Assembly: GCA_022709385.1 (NCBI GenBank)
Contig: JAKLIX010000020.1
Coordinates: 12,578 to 76,577 of the forward strand
Length of the DNA: 64,000 bases
Reading direction: 5' to 3'
DNA from: Bacteroidota bacterium
GTDB lineage: Bacteria > Bacteroidota > Bacteroidia > Bacteroidales > CAIXZF01
The position numbers and the translations under genes are program-made. Under the pieces are notes generated by a model that had not been told where the DNA came from, ran no database searches, and worked only from the letters and a program-made list of their open reading frames with translations. Positions within the stretch are counted from its first letter, which is position 1, and every line of letters starts with the position of its first letter. Shown here piece after piece: positions 23,687 to 33,467 of the stretch.

Positions 23687-23698
23687 ATAACAGCCATC

Positions 23699-25054
23699 GT
23701 GTTTGATTTACCGGAAAATGTAACAATATCCCGCAAGGGAGCTGAAAGCAGGCGACGATACCGGGTATCCCTCATTCTTGCATCTTTGTGTTTGCTGTTG
23801 CTGGCCTGCAGCAAGGAAGATGCTCCTCCTGATCCTTCGATCATTTTCACGCAACCATATGGTTATCAGCAGTTTCGTGTTTTCGACAGCCTTCGTTTCC
23901 TTGCCACGGTCGAAAGCACGGATCCGCTGACAGCCCTCCAGGCCGGTATTGTCAGCGAAAACTATACCCCCGTATTACCCATCCATGTATTCAACCTGCC
24001 CCATGCAGGGATCACTTCATTTACGATTGACCTTACTGTATATATAGATGCAATTCAAACCGAAAGTGGAAATTATTTTGCCTGGATAAAAGCGTCAACA
24101 GCCCGGACATCGAAAAACAAATATCAGCCAATCAGGATATTAGCCCAGGAAAAAAAGTTCGAAAAAATTCTGTTGTTTTTCAGAACGCAGGTGAATACCA
24201 CGGGTTTGTACCAGCTCGACAGCCTGCAACAACTGGTGCATTTAAAAGATTTTCCCGTAGATTTCGGACATGCGCTGGTCTCCTCCTCCCGGCGGATGCT
24301 GTATCTTTGCGGGAAGAATGTCCCCCTGTTGCTGGCCTGGCACCTGGATGAAAAAGAAGTGTTGTGGGAAAAACAGGGACAAAGCATTTCCGGTATTCCT
24401 TATTACCAGTTTCTCAGCCTGCAGTCCGATGAACTGTTTACGGGTGCCTGTGACGGGAAACTGCAGTCCTTCAATTCAAGTGGCAATGTGTTGTTTTTCA
24501 AGGATTTTGGTTTCAACGAGGTTCCGTTAAGCTGTTTCCGCCAGGCGAACAGGGTAGTGGTGGGCACTGCACTCAAATCGGCCATGCAGTATTACCTTGG
24601 CAATTACTATTATCCGGCGGGCAGTTATGAAACCGGGCTGCAGACTCCTTTTAAAAGCCTGTTTCTTGGGGAAACGGGGACGGGTAATGTGTGGGTGGCA
24701 GGGGAGCAGCAAGGTGTTGGTGTACTGCGGTATTATGATCCCGGTGGACCTTTCCTGTCGACTCCCTGTACTTTCCCCGGCGAAAAAATTATCGCAGCCC
24801 TCAATCCCATGCCGTTTCACCTGCTGCTGGCAACGCAGCAGGCCGTATACTGGTTCAGGGAGGAAGACAATACCCTCTTCCCGCTGATATCCTTGCCCGG
24901 AATGCTTTCCCTGGATTTCGACCAGACCCGTGACCTGATCGTCGCGGCGACACAAAACCGGCTTTCTTTTTTTAGCTTTCCGGGAGGACAACCAGCCGGC
25001 AGCCTTGACTTGCCCGATTCGCTCCGGGCCTGCAGGGTGGTTTACAACCGCTGA
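23699..25054 (+). CDS. Hypothetical lipoprotein
   Basis: The track ORF 23582..25054 reads through the repeat element. A lipoprotein signal (RRRYRVSLILASLCLLLLAC) follows the in-frame GTG at 23699, so the start is uncertain. I recognised no family. Confidence 0.6.
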   Translation: MFDLPENVTISRKGAESRRRYRVSLILASLCLLLLACSKEDAPPDPSIIFTQPYGYQQFRVFDSLRFLATVESTDPLTALQAGIVSENYTPVLPIHVFNLPHAGITSFTIDLTVYIDAIQTESGNYFAWIKASTARTSKNKYQPIRILAQEKKFEKILLFFRTQVNTTGLYQLDSLQQLVHLKDFPVDFGHALVSSSRRMLYLCGKNVPLLLAWHLDEKEVLWEKQGQSISGIPYYQFLSLQSDELFTGACDGKLQSFNSSGNVLFFKDFGFNEVPLSCFRQANRVVVGTALKSAMQYYLGNYYYPAGSYETGLQTPFKSLFLGETGTGNVWVAGEQQGVGVLRYYDPGGPFLSTPCTFPGEKIIAALNPMPFHLLLATQQAVYWFREEDNTLFPLISLPGMLSLDFDQTRDLIVAATQNRLSFFSFPGGQPAGSLDLPDSLRACRVVYNR

Positions 25055-25112
25055 TTGTTCAGCCTTCCATCCGGCTGATGGAAAACCCATTCAGTTTCGC
25101 CGTACTTTTGCG

Positions 25113-25123
25113 ATGTGTCACAT
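25113..25123. promoter_or_regulatory. Single ATGTGtCACAT palindrome upstream of the MnmC-like gene
   Basis: An 11-bp palindrome lies 15 nt upstream of ATG 25138. It has the same core as the paired sites at 26292-26327 and 42751-42786. Confidence 0.2.
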
Positions 25124-25137
25124 TAAACTTTCCGGTG

Positions 25138-25818
25138 ATGGAATTACAACTGGTTGTAACGGAAGACGGTTCCCATACTTTCTTTAACCCTGCACTGAAC
25201 GAACACTACCACAGCATCAACGGCGCCATCCAGGAATCCCGCCATATCTTTATCAAACACGGCTTTCAGGCTGCCGTCATCCGAAAACAGGAAATGAGCA
25301 TCCTGGAGGTGGGTTTCGGGACAGGACTCAACACCCTGCTTACCTTTAAGGAAAACTGTCAGCGTCACCTGAAGATCCGCTATGTGGCCATTGAACCGGA
25401 ACCTCTGGGGGAAGAACACCTGAAACTGCTGAATTATCCGGGAAAAATCGGCTCCTGTGATGAAAGGGTGACGTTTTTCAAAATACATACCACACCCTGG
25501 GATTTCCCTTACTACCTGAGCGAGGATTTCATCCTTTTCAAATTGCATGAGAAGATCCAGGAAGTGTTGCTCGGTGAGGGAAAATTCGATTTGGTGTATT
25601 TCGACGCCTTTTCACCGGAAGTCCAGCCCGAAATGTGGCAAGCAGATGTTTTCGGCAAAATCTTTACGGCTATGGTTCCGGGAGGACTCTTGCTCACCTA
25701 TTCCGCAAAGGGGGAAGTCAGAAGGACATTAAAACACTGCGGATTTTCAGTGGAATCTGTTCCCGGTCCGCCGGGAAAAAGAGAGATCACCCGTGCACAA
25801 AAACCGCCTGCCGCTTAG
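25138..25818 (+). CDS. MnmC-type SAM-dependent tRNA (mnm5s2U34) methyltransferase domain protein (DUF752-like)
   Basis: The sequence shows ILEVGFGTGLN (SAM motif I) and FDLVYFDAFSPEVQPEMW, typical of the MnmC methyltransferase domain. The ATG at 25138 is preferred over 25078. Confidence 0.8.
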   Translation: MELQLVVTEDGSHTFFNPALNEHYHSINGAIQESRHIFIKHGFQAAVIRKQEMSILEVGFGTGLNTLLTFKENCQRHLKIRYVAIEPEPLGEEHLKLLNYPGKIGSCDERVTFFKIHTTPWDFPYYLSEDFILFKLHEKIQEVLLGEGKFDLVYFDAFSPEVQPEMWQADVFGKIFTAMVPGGLLLTYSAKGEVRRTLKHCGFSVESVPGPPGKREITRAQKPPAA

Positions 25819-25858
25819 TATAGCTTGTAATAACCAATATATCAATCTGTTGCACTTT

Positions 25859-26299
25859 ATGTTTCTTATCCGGATTTACGGCATTTTCATCGACCCTGTT
25901 CAGGGTATGTTGGTTACTGATGAATACCGGCTTGATACTTATATGACGAAATTTCCCGGCGGGGGTCTGGAATATGGAGAAGGCAGCAGGGATTGTCTGA
26001 AACGGGAATGCCTGGAAGAACTGGGCCAGGAGGTGGTGGTGATGGACCACTTTTATACCACTGACTTCTTTCAGCAGACCATGCTCCTGCCTGATCCCGC
26101 TCAACTGATCAGTATCTACTACAGGATGCGCCTGACCGGCCCTCCTGTCTTCCCGGTCGCCACTGCCAGATTCGAAATCCCGCCGCTTGAAGGTTCCCAG
26201 AGTTTTCGCTTTATCCCGTTGGAAACACTTGATCCCGAAGAGTTTACCTTTCCGGTCGACCGCCTTGTTGCCAGGATGCTGAAGAAAATTCCGATGTGA
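25859..26299 (+). CDS. Nudix hydrolase
   Basis: A Nudix box is present (GGGLEYGEGSRDCLKRECLEELGQE). The ATG at 25859 is preferred over 25793, which would overlap the upstream gene. Confidence 0.85.
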   Translation: MFLIRIYGIFIDPVQGMLVTDEYRLDTYMTKFPGGGLEYGEGSRDCLKRECLEELGQEVVVMDHFYTTDFFQQTMLLPDPAQLISIYYRMRLTGPPVFPVATARFEIPPLEGSQSFRFIPLETLDPEEFTFPVDRLVARMLKKIPM

Positions 26300-26327
26300 C
26301 ACATCGTTTTTTCCATGTGCCACATGG
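26292..26327. promoter_or_regulatory. Pair of 15-bp palindromes (CGATGTGaCACATCG and CCATGTGcCACATGG), centres 21 bp apart
   Basis: Both arms are perfect. The pair spans the Nudix stop and lies 54-89 nt upstream of the ROK kinase start. The same architecture recurs at 42751-42786. Confidence 0.35.
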
Positions 26328-26380
26328 GGATGTTTCCGTAATCTTTGTAAGTTAGCATACTCAAATACCCCTGAATCGTT

Positions 26381-27316
26381 ATGGATAAACAGTTTGCCAT
26401 CGGGATCGACATTGGCGGAAGTCATATCACCAGTGTCGCCGTTCATTTGCTTAAACGCGAATTCGTTGAAGGGAGTAAAGCCAGGTCTGAAGTCAACAGC
26501 CAGGCCTCGGCTCTGGAAATCCTCGAGAAGTGGTCGTCCACCATCGCCCGTTCTATGCAAAAGGTGGATGTGAACCAGCTTGCCGGGATAGGGTTCGCCA
26601 TGCCCGGTCCTTTTGATTACCACGAAGGGATCGCCCGCTTCAGGGGGGTGAAAAAATACGACCAGCTGAACGGAATCAATGTGAGGGAAGTCATCAGCAC
26701 CCGTCTCGACCTGCCGGAAAATCTGCCGGTCCGCTTCATGAACGATGCCACCAGCTTTGCCGTTGGAGAAGCCTGGATGGGAGAAGCCTCAGGCTACGAC
26801 AAGGTCGTGGCCCTGACCCTGGGTACGGGATTTGGCTCTTCCTTCGTGGAACAGGGTATACCTGTGGAATCCGGCGAAAAAGTACCACCCCAGGGCTGCC
26901 TGTATCACCTTCCTTATGGAGAAACCATTGCCGATGATCATTTTTCAACACGCTGGTTTATAGGGCAATATCTCATACGTAAGGGAGTTGAGGTTAAAGG
27001 TGTGAAAGAACTTGCAGAGCTTTATTCCCAAAACCTGATCGTACAGGACCTGTTTAAAACTTTCGGGCGCAATCTCGGTAATTTTATCGCTCCCTGGCTC
27101 AGGCGATTCGATGCAGAATGCCTGGTAATAGGAGGGAATATCACCCAAAGTTACCACCTTTTCAAGGACAGCTTTTGCCAGACACTGATCAGTAATGACA
27201 TACAGGATCTGCATTGTTATATTTCCTCGCTCGGTGAGGATGCTGCTCTCTGTGGAAGTGTCAGGCTCGCCGACGATGCATTCTATGCCGCACTCGACAT
27301 CTCTGCACTCAAATAA
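26381..27316 (+). CDS. ROK family sugar kinase
   Basis: 311-aa ORF with an N-terminal ATP-binding motif (IGIDIGGSHITSV) and a ROK-like core. A sugar MFS transporter follows. Confidence 0.85.
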   Translation: MDKQFAIGIDIGGSHITSVAVHLLKREFVEGSKARSEVNSQASALEILEKWSSTIARSMQKVDVNQLAGIGFAMPGPFDYHEGIARFRGVKKYDQLNGINVREVISTRLDLPENLPVRFMNDATSFAVGEAWMGEASGYDKVVALTLGTGFGSSFVEQGIPVESGEKVPPQGCLYHLPYGETIADDHFSTRWFIGQYLIRKGVEVKGVKELAELYSQNLIVQDLFKTFGRNLGNFIAPWLRRFDAECLVIGGNITQSYHLFKDSFCQTLISNDIQDLHCYISSLGEDAALCGSVRLADDAFYAALDISALK

Positions 27317-27325
27317 TATCCCGGT

Positions 27326-28486
27326 ATGAGCAATAAAACCATTCAAGTGAGCAAAGTGCTCCCTGTCATGCTGTCCTTTATCGTGATGGGTTTCGTGGAC
27401 ATCGTCGGCGTTTCTGCCGGCTATGTCAAACAGGACTTCAACCTGAGCAATACCCTCGCACAACTGATCCCTTCCATGGCCTTCATCTGGTTCTTCCTGC
27501 TGTCGGTTCCGACAGGAATCCTTCAGGACAGATATGGTAAGAGGTTCATCATCAATGTCGGGATGGGGGTGACCGGACTTGGAATGCTGCTCCCGCTTGT
27601 CAGTTACTCTTTCCCGGTGATGCTCGCCACTTTTGTATTGCTGGGTATCGGAAACACCATCGTACAGGTGGCGGCCAACCCCCTGTTGCAGGATGTCGTT
27701 CCTGGTTCCAGGTTCGCCAGTTTCATGAGCTTCTCCCAGTTTATCAAAGCGATTTGTTCCCTGCTGGGCCCCATCCTGGCCACTTTTTTTGCCAGCCGTT
27801 ACGGCGACTGGAAGCTGGTACTCACCGTCTATGCCGTCACTTCTTTCCTGGCAGTTCTGTGGATGTATTTCACGCCCATCGCCGAAGCAAAGCCTGAACG
27901 CAAACCTGCCACCTTCGCTTCCTGCTTCCGCTTGCTGAAAAGCCCCTTTATCCTGCTGATGGTGGTGGGAATTTTCTTTGTGGTCGGTTGCGATGTGGGA
28001 ATGAATACCAACATTGCCTATTATCTGAAGACTGCATTCGGCCTGAGCCTCGAAGATGCATCCCTCGGGATCAGCGTATATTTCACGGCTCTGATGATCG
28101 GACGTTTCTCCGGGGCTGTCATCCTCAACTGGATCAGGCCAGGCCGTTTTCTCATCCTTACCACCCTGATCGCCATCATCGGACTGATCGGGATGATCCT
28201 GGCACCGGATGCACTGCTGGCAAGGGTTTTCATCTTCATCACCGGCCTCGGTTCAGCCAACCTTTTTCCCCTGATATTCACCATCTCGCTTGAAAAAATG
28301 CCCGACCGGGCCAATGAGGTCTCCGGCCTGATGATCATGGCCGTGGCCGGAGGTGCCGTCCTCCCGCTGGTGGTGGGAGCTGTAAGCGAGTCGGCAGGAC
28401 TGACGGCCAGCCTGATGGTACTGGTAGCCGCAATGGGCTATATCCTGGTGGCCGGTTTCCTGGCAATGCGTTCAAAAATAAAATGA
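27326..28486 (+). CDS. MFS transporter (FucP / glucose-galactose-like sugar permease)
   Basis: 386-aa ORF with about 12 hydrophobic segments and an MFS loop motif (QDRYGKR). It is adjacent to the ROK kinase. Confidence 0.8.
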   Translation: MSNKTIQVSKVLPVMLSFIVMGFVDIVGVSAGYVKQDFNLSNTLAQLIPSMAFIWFFLLSVPTGILQDRYGKRFIINVGMGVTGLGMLLPLVSYSFPVMLATFVLLGIGNTIVQVAANPLLQDVVPGSRFASFMSFSQFIKAICSLLGPILATFFASRYGDWKLVLTVYAVTSFLAVLWMYFTPIAEAKPERKPATFASCFRLLKSPFILLMVVGIFFVVGCDVGMNTNIAYYLKTAFGLSLEDASLGISVYFTALMIGRFSGAVILNWIRPGRFLILTTLIAIIGLIGMILAPDALLARVFIFITGLGSANLFPLIFTISLEKMPDRANEVSGLMIMAVAGGAVLPLVVGAVSESAGLTASLMVLVAAMGYILVAGFLAMRSKIK

Positions 28487-28520
28487 CAAGGGTCTCTTAT
28501 CCTGCCGAACCATCTCCTAA

Positions 28521-31500
28521 ATGTCTGACTTTAATGTGAATCAGGGCCTGCTGATCCGCAATGCCCGTGAACATAACCTGAAAGGCATCAGCCTCGAAAT
28601 TCCGCACAACCGGCTTACGGTGGTGGTCGGCGTTTCCGGCTCGGGGAAATCGTCCCTGGCCTTTGATGTGATCGCGGCCGAGGGTCAAAGACGTTTTCTT
28701 GAAACTTTCCCTTCCTTTTCAAGGCTTTTTATGGGGAAAGTGTCTCAGCCTGAAGTGGATGCCATCGAAAACCTTCCGCCGGTCATCACCCTGCCTCAGA
28801 AAACCACTGGAAATAGCAGCAGGTCAACCCTCGGCACCATGTGCGATCTCTACGACATGCTGCGGCTGCTATTCGCGCGCCTTGGAAAGGGTCCGGAGGG
28901 ATTGCGCCTGTCGCGCAGCCTGTTCTCATTCAACAGCGCAGCGGGAGCCTGCCCCCGCTGCAAAGGACTTGGTCTGGAAGAACAGATCGCTGCTTCGAAA
29001 CTGGTGAACCATCCCGGACGCAGCATCCGGCAGGGAGCCCTGGCTCCGACCCTGCCAAACGGTTATATCATGTATTCCCAGGTGACACCCGATGTGCTGA
29101 ACCAGGTGTGCCTGGCGCACGGCTTCGACGTGGATACTCCCTGGAATGAACTTTCGGAAGAAAGCAAAGCCGTGATCTTTTACGGCAGCGATAAAATCAG
29201 GATTCCATTCGGAAAACATCCCCTGGAAAACAGACTCAAATGGACGGGGATCACGGCCAAACCCAGGGAGGAAGGGTATTACCGCGGCCTCATCACCATC
29301 ATGTCGGAAATCCTGCAGCGCGACCGCAACGACAGCATCCTGCGGTATGCGGAATCCCGTCCGTGCAGCGCCTGTGACGGGAAACGCCTGAACCCCGGAG
29401 CCCTGTCGGTGAAAATCACAGGGGCCGGCATCGATACCTTGTCTGCCATCTCATTGAAAGATCTCACCGAATGGTTGACAGAGGCTGAATGGACACCCGC
29501 TGAATCGCAGGTGGCCGGGGCCATCAGCGAAAGCATGCTCAGGCAACTCAGGCTGCTGATCAGGCTCGGACTGGGGCACCTCAGCCTCCATACATCCGCA
29601 TCTGCACTCACATCGGCAGAAGCGCAAAGGATCAGGCTGGTCAATCACCTTCAGTCCGGCCTGAGCCATGTGCTCTATGTCTTCGATGAACCTACCGCCG
29701 GCATGCATCCGTCAGAGGTGAAACCCCTTGTTGAGATCATCCGTGCCCTCGTGGAAAAACAAAACACCGTGATCGTGGTGGAGCATGACGAATTGTTTAT
29801 CCGCCATGCCGACTGGATCGTGGATATGGGGCCCGGTCCCGGTAAGCTGGGTGGACAGCTGCTCTTTAACGGACCGGCATCCCGCTATTTCCGAGAGGAA
29901 TCACTGAAAGGCGTCAGTCCGGGCTGGGACATGCTGCACGATACGGCAAGGGAACATATTCCACCCGGGCGGCTCCGGGAACATCCTGTGATCAGCATCA
30001 TGCCGGTGACTGGCGGTATGGAGGAAACACCCTTGTTCTCCTTTCTGCAGGGAGCCTTGAATGTGGTTTCCGGCGCTTCAGGCAGCGGAAAAGCCGACCT
30101 GGTGTACGGTTTCCTGAAGGAAGCCTGGCAAAGAAAGGGGATCGCAGAATATCTTGTTGACGGTAAAATGACAGTCCGCGGCCTGGAAGATATACAGGAC
30201 TTGGTGGTCATCGACCAGAGCCCCATTGGCAGAACTCCCAGAAGCAATCCGGCCACCTATACCGGATGGTCGGACAAACTCCGCGATTTGTTTGCAGGTC
30301 TCGACGAGGCTAAAGCCCTCGGACTGAGTAAAAGCCACTTCTCGTTCAATACCCCCGGCGGCAGGTGTGAGACCTGCCAGGGTGCAGGTGTGCTGCAAAC
30401 CGGCATGCACTTCCTCGGCAATGTGTCACTTGTTTGTCCCGGCTGCCAGGGAAAACGCTTTCATGATGAAAGCCTCAGGGTGCGTTACCGGGGGAAAACC
30501 ATTTCCGAAATCATGGATCTTACCGTGGACCAGGTAGTTAGCTTTTTTTCCGACAGACCGGCCATGCTGAAATCCCTGCACATGCTGCAGAAAACAGGGT
30601 TGGGATACCTCAGTCCCGGCCAGCCCAGTACCACCCTCTCGGGAGGAGAGGCCCAACGCATTAAACTGGCCGCTTATCTCCAGCAAAAACAGGGCGGGAA
30701 AACCCTCTATATCCTGGACGAACCTTCTACCGGACTCCATTCCGCCGATGTGGAAAAACTTAGCGGCGCCCTCATGGAGCTGGCGGTAAAAGGAAATACG
30801 ATTGTTTGTATCGACCAGGACTGGGACATCATCCGCAGGGCAGGCCATTGGATCCACCTGGGAAAGCAGACGCCTGAAAACGAATTTCAGATCCTGTTCC
30901 AGGGATCTCCGGCAGGACTGACGAAAGCAGGCTACCTGGCTTTGCCTTCCATGGAAATTCCTGCCGAAATCCCGGAAGATACGACCCCGGAACGGCTGCC
31001 GGTTCCTGTCCGTTTTCAGGGAGTCAGCACCCATTACCTGAAAGACATCGATGTGGAGATTCCCTGGAACCGCCTCACCGTAGTTACCGGGATCAGCGGT
31101 AGTGGTAAGTCATCCCTTGCCTTTGACACCATTTTTTCAGAGGCACAAAACAGGTTTACAGAAAGTTTCTCCACCTATACCAGAAGCCTGCTGAAACTGT
31201 CGAACCCAGCCCGTTTTGTCAGTTGCGGGGGACTGAGTCCCGCCGTGGCCATCAACCGCAAATACCTTGCGTATGCTGCCCGCTCCACCGTGGGTACCAT
31301 CACCGGGCTGTACGATCATTTCCGCCTGCTGTATGCCCGTATCGCCGCTGCCAGAGGCCTGGCCCTGACTGCAAGGCATTTCTCCTTCAACCACCAGCTG
31401 GGCGCCTGCCCGTCCTGCGACGGACTCGGAGTGACGCTACGCTGCGATCCCGCGCTGCTGATCTCCCACCCGGAATTGTCCATCCTCGAAGGAGCCATGC

Positions 31501-33356
31501 AGGGTCATAAGGCGGGCAGGTTCTACGGAGATCCCGACGGTCAATATCTTGCCACACTGAGGACCGTGGCCTCGGAGCTCGGACTGAACCTAAATCCTGC
31601 CTGGAAGGATATGGACAGGGAAGTCAGGGATGTCATCCTTTACGGAACAGGCGACAGACAGTATCAGGTGGTATGGGAGTTCCGCAACAGGAGCCGTGCA
31701 GGAACCCACCGCATGCAAACTTCCTGGACCGGCTTCTGTAATCTGGTGGAAGATGAGTACAAAAGAAAGTACCTGAACAAAAACACCAGGGAAACCGACC
31801 GCCTGATGCATGAGGTTGAATGTGAGGTTTGCAGGGGTGCGCGACTGAAACCTGAGCTGCTGGAGATACGTTTCAGGGATTTGAATATCGCCGGATTGTC
31901 GGGATTCAGCATGAAAGAACTGCTCGGCTTTTTCAGCGGGGTTTTCCGTGATGAATTGCCGGGAACGGAAGGGCTTGTGTTTGAAAGGATCAGACAGGCT
32001 GTCCTTGGCCTGCTCAGGGTGATGGACGATCTGGGAATTGCCCACCTGACGGCGGACAGGCCTTCGGCAAGTCTTTCCGGCGGGGAATCGCAACGGGTCA
32101 GGCTGGCCTCGGCCTTCTCCTCGGGACTATACGGTGTCACCTATGTGCTTGACGAGCCGACTACCGGACTGCACAGCCGGGATATCCAACCATTGGTGCG
32201 GGTGGTAAAACAACTGATCGGGAAAGGGAATACTGCCGTGGTGGTGGAACATGAAACCGCTTTCATCAGGGAGGCCGACCACATCATCGAGATGGGACCC
32301 GGTGCCGGCCCTGAGGGGGGCAGGGTGGTGGCCTCCGGCGACTTGCAGTGTATTATGCAACATCCTGATTCACTGACAGGTAGAATATTGAAAGCTCCAC
32401 CCGTCCTGCAGCCTCCCCGGACGGAAGTATTGCCGGATGCCTTTGGTGTGCGGGGTGCAAACATCAACAACCTCCGCCATATCGATGTGAGCTTCATAGC
32501 CGGTGGCATCATTGCAGTTACAGGCGTATCCGGAAGCGGTAAATCGAGCCTGGTGAGCGGCGCTTTGCTGGCCAGTCACCATGCAGGCCGCCCTGTGGGT
32601 TGCCGCGCCGTTTTTGGCCTCGAACACTTCGACCACATCGCGGCAGTCGGCCAGCAATCCCTGAGTACGGGCGGTCTCAGCAGCACGGCGACTTACTCGG
32701 GTTTCATGGATGTGCTGCGGGATATCTTTGCTGCCGAAGCCGTGAAACAAGGCAGCCGACTGGGGAAAAGCGCCTTCTCCTACCTCTCCGATGGTAAATG
32801 TCCGGCTTGCGGAGGCTATGGGACGATCAAAACAGCCATGGATTTCATGAGCGACATCCGGATTCCGTGTGACACATGTGGCGGAAGCCGGTATAAAGAA
32901 GATGTGCTGCGCATACAGCTTCATGGCCGGAATATTGCCGATGTACTGGATATGACTGTAAATGAAGCGCTTGAATTTTTTTCTGACCGGAAAGAAGCCA
33001 CCCCATACCTTCAGGTCCTCAATGCTTCCGGTGCAGGACACCTGAAACTCGGCCAGCCGGCCGCTACCCTCTCAGGCGGAGAAGCCCAGCGCCTGAAGCT
33101 GGCCACCGGGATCCTCCGGTTCAAAAAGGGACGCATGCTGTTCGTATTTGATGAGCCCGCCGCCGGACTGCACAGTGAAGATATCCTCAAACTCGCCGGC
33201 CTCTTCCGTAAGCTGACAGGCGAAGGACACACCCTGCTCTTCATCGGGCACCAGCCCCTGCTCATTTCCCTCGCCCACCAGGTCATCGAACTCGGTCCGG
33301 GCAGCGGCCCCGAAGGAGGCCGGCTCGTCCGTAACCTTTTGAAAGATAAACAATAA
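28521..33356 (+). CDS. Tandemly duplicated UvrA-like ABC ATPase (two class II-type UvrA units, four NBDs)
   Basis: 1611-aa ORF with four Walker A loops (nt 28629, 30072, 31089, 32523). Each is accompanied by signature and Walker B motifs, and each half has UvrA zinc knuckles. Neither half has a UvrB-binding domain. Confidence 0.9.
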   Translation: MSDFNVNQGLLIRNAREHNLKGISLEIPHNRLTVVVGVSGSGKSSLAFDVIAAEGQRRFLETFPSFSRLFMGKVSQPEVDAIENLPPVITLPQKTTGNSSRSTLGTMCDLYDMLRLLFARLGKGPEGLRLSRSLFSFNSAAGACPRCKGLGLEEQIAASKLVNHPGRSIRQGALAPTLPNGYIMYSQVTPDVLNQVCLAHGFDVDTPWNELSEESKAVIFYGSDKIRIPFGKHPLENRLKWTGITAKPREEGYYRGLITIMSEILQRDRNDSILRYAESRPCSACDGKRLNPGALSVKITGAGIDTLSAISLKDLTEWLTEAEWTPAESQVAGAISESMLRQLRLLIRLGLGHLSLHTSASALTSAEAQRIRLVNHLQSGLSHVLYVFDEPTAGMHPSEVKPLVEIIRALVEKQNTVIVVEHDELFIRHADWIVDMGPGPGKLGGQLLFNGPASRYFREESLKGVSPGWDMLHDTAREHIPPGRLREHPVISIMPVTGGMEETPLFSFLQGALNVVSGASGSGKADLVYGFLKEAWQRKGIAEYLVDGKMTVRGLEDIQDLVVIDQSPIGRTPRSNPATYTGWSDKLRDLFAGLDEAKALGLSKSHFSFNTPGGRCETCQGAGVLQTGMHFLGNVSLVCPGCQGKRFHDESLRVRYRGKTISEIMDLTVDQVVSFFSDRPAMLKSLHMLQKTGLGYLSPGQPSTTLSGGEAQRIKLAAYLQQKQGGKTLYILDEPSTGLHSADVEKLSGALMELAVKGNTIVCIDQDWDIIRRAGHWIHLGKQTPENEFQILFQGSPAGLTKAGYLALPSMEIPAEIPEDTTPERLPVPVRFQGVSTHYLKDIDVEIPWNRLTVVTGISGSGKSSLAFDTIFSEAQNRFTESFSTYTRSLLKLSNPARFVSCGGLSPAVAINRKYLAYAARSTVGTITGLYDHFRLLYARIAAARGLALTARHFSFNHQLGACPSCDGLGVTLRCDPALLISHPELSILEGAMQGHKAGRFYGDPDGQYLATLRTVASELGLNLNPAWKDMDREVRDVILYGTGDRQYQVVWEFRNRSRAGTHRMQTSWTGFCNLVEDEYKRKYLNKNTRETDRLMHEVECEVCRGARLKPELLEIRFRDLNIAGLSGFSMKELLGFFSGVFRDELPGTEGLVFERIRQAVLGLLRVMDDLGIAHLTADRPSASLSGGESQRVRLASAFSSGLYGVTYVLDEPTTGLHSRDIQPLVRVVKQLIGKGNTAVVVEHETAFIREADHIIEMGPGAGPEGGRVVASGDLQCIMQHPDSLTGRILKAPPVLQPPRTEVLPDAFGVRGANINNLRHIDVSFIAGGIIAVTGVSGSGKSSLVSGALLASHHAGRPVGCRAVFGLEHFDHIAAVGQQSLSTGGLSSTATYSGFMDVLRDIFAAEAVKQGSRLGKSAFSYLSDGKCPACGGYGTIKTAMDFMSDIRIPCDTCGGSRYKEDVLRIQLHGRNIADVLDMTVNEALEFFSDRKEATPYLQVLNASGAGHLKLGQPAATLSGGEAQRLKLATGILRFKKGRMLFVFDEPAAGLHSEDILKLAGLFRKLTGEGHTLLFIGHQPLLISLAHQVIELGPGSGPEGGRLVRNLLKDKQ

Positions 33357-33390
33357 ACAGCCGAAGTCTTCGTACCCTACAAAAACAAAA

Positions 33391-33452
33391 AACTTCATAA
33401 CTTCGTACCTTCATCACTTCATCACTTCATAACCTCATCACTTCATAACCCC
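33391..33452 (+). repeat. Degenerate tandem array with an 8-bp period (TCATMACY units), almost free of G
   Basis: The array reads ...acttcataa cttcgtac cttcatca cttcatca cttcataa cctcatca cttcataa ccc. It lies directly upstream of the ornithine cyclodeaminase gene. Confidence 0.85.
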
Positions 33453-33467
33453 CAAAAACATCACCCT

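Noticed and set aside
23582-23698. The ATG at 23582 as the start of the 490-aa ORF, which would translate the repeat as MLNLSENAKQFSVRF...
   Set aside because: The same nucleotide element recurs at 34447-34546, where it lies beyond the end of another gene. The similarity is therefore at DNA or RNA level. The lipoprotein signal peptide only begins after about 23740, so an in-frame GTG at 23699 is a more plausible, though unproven, start.
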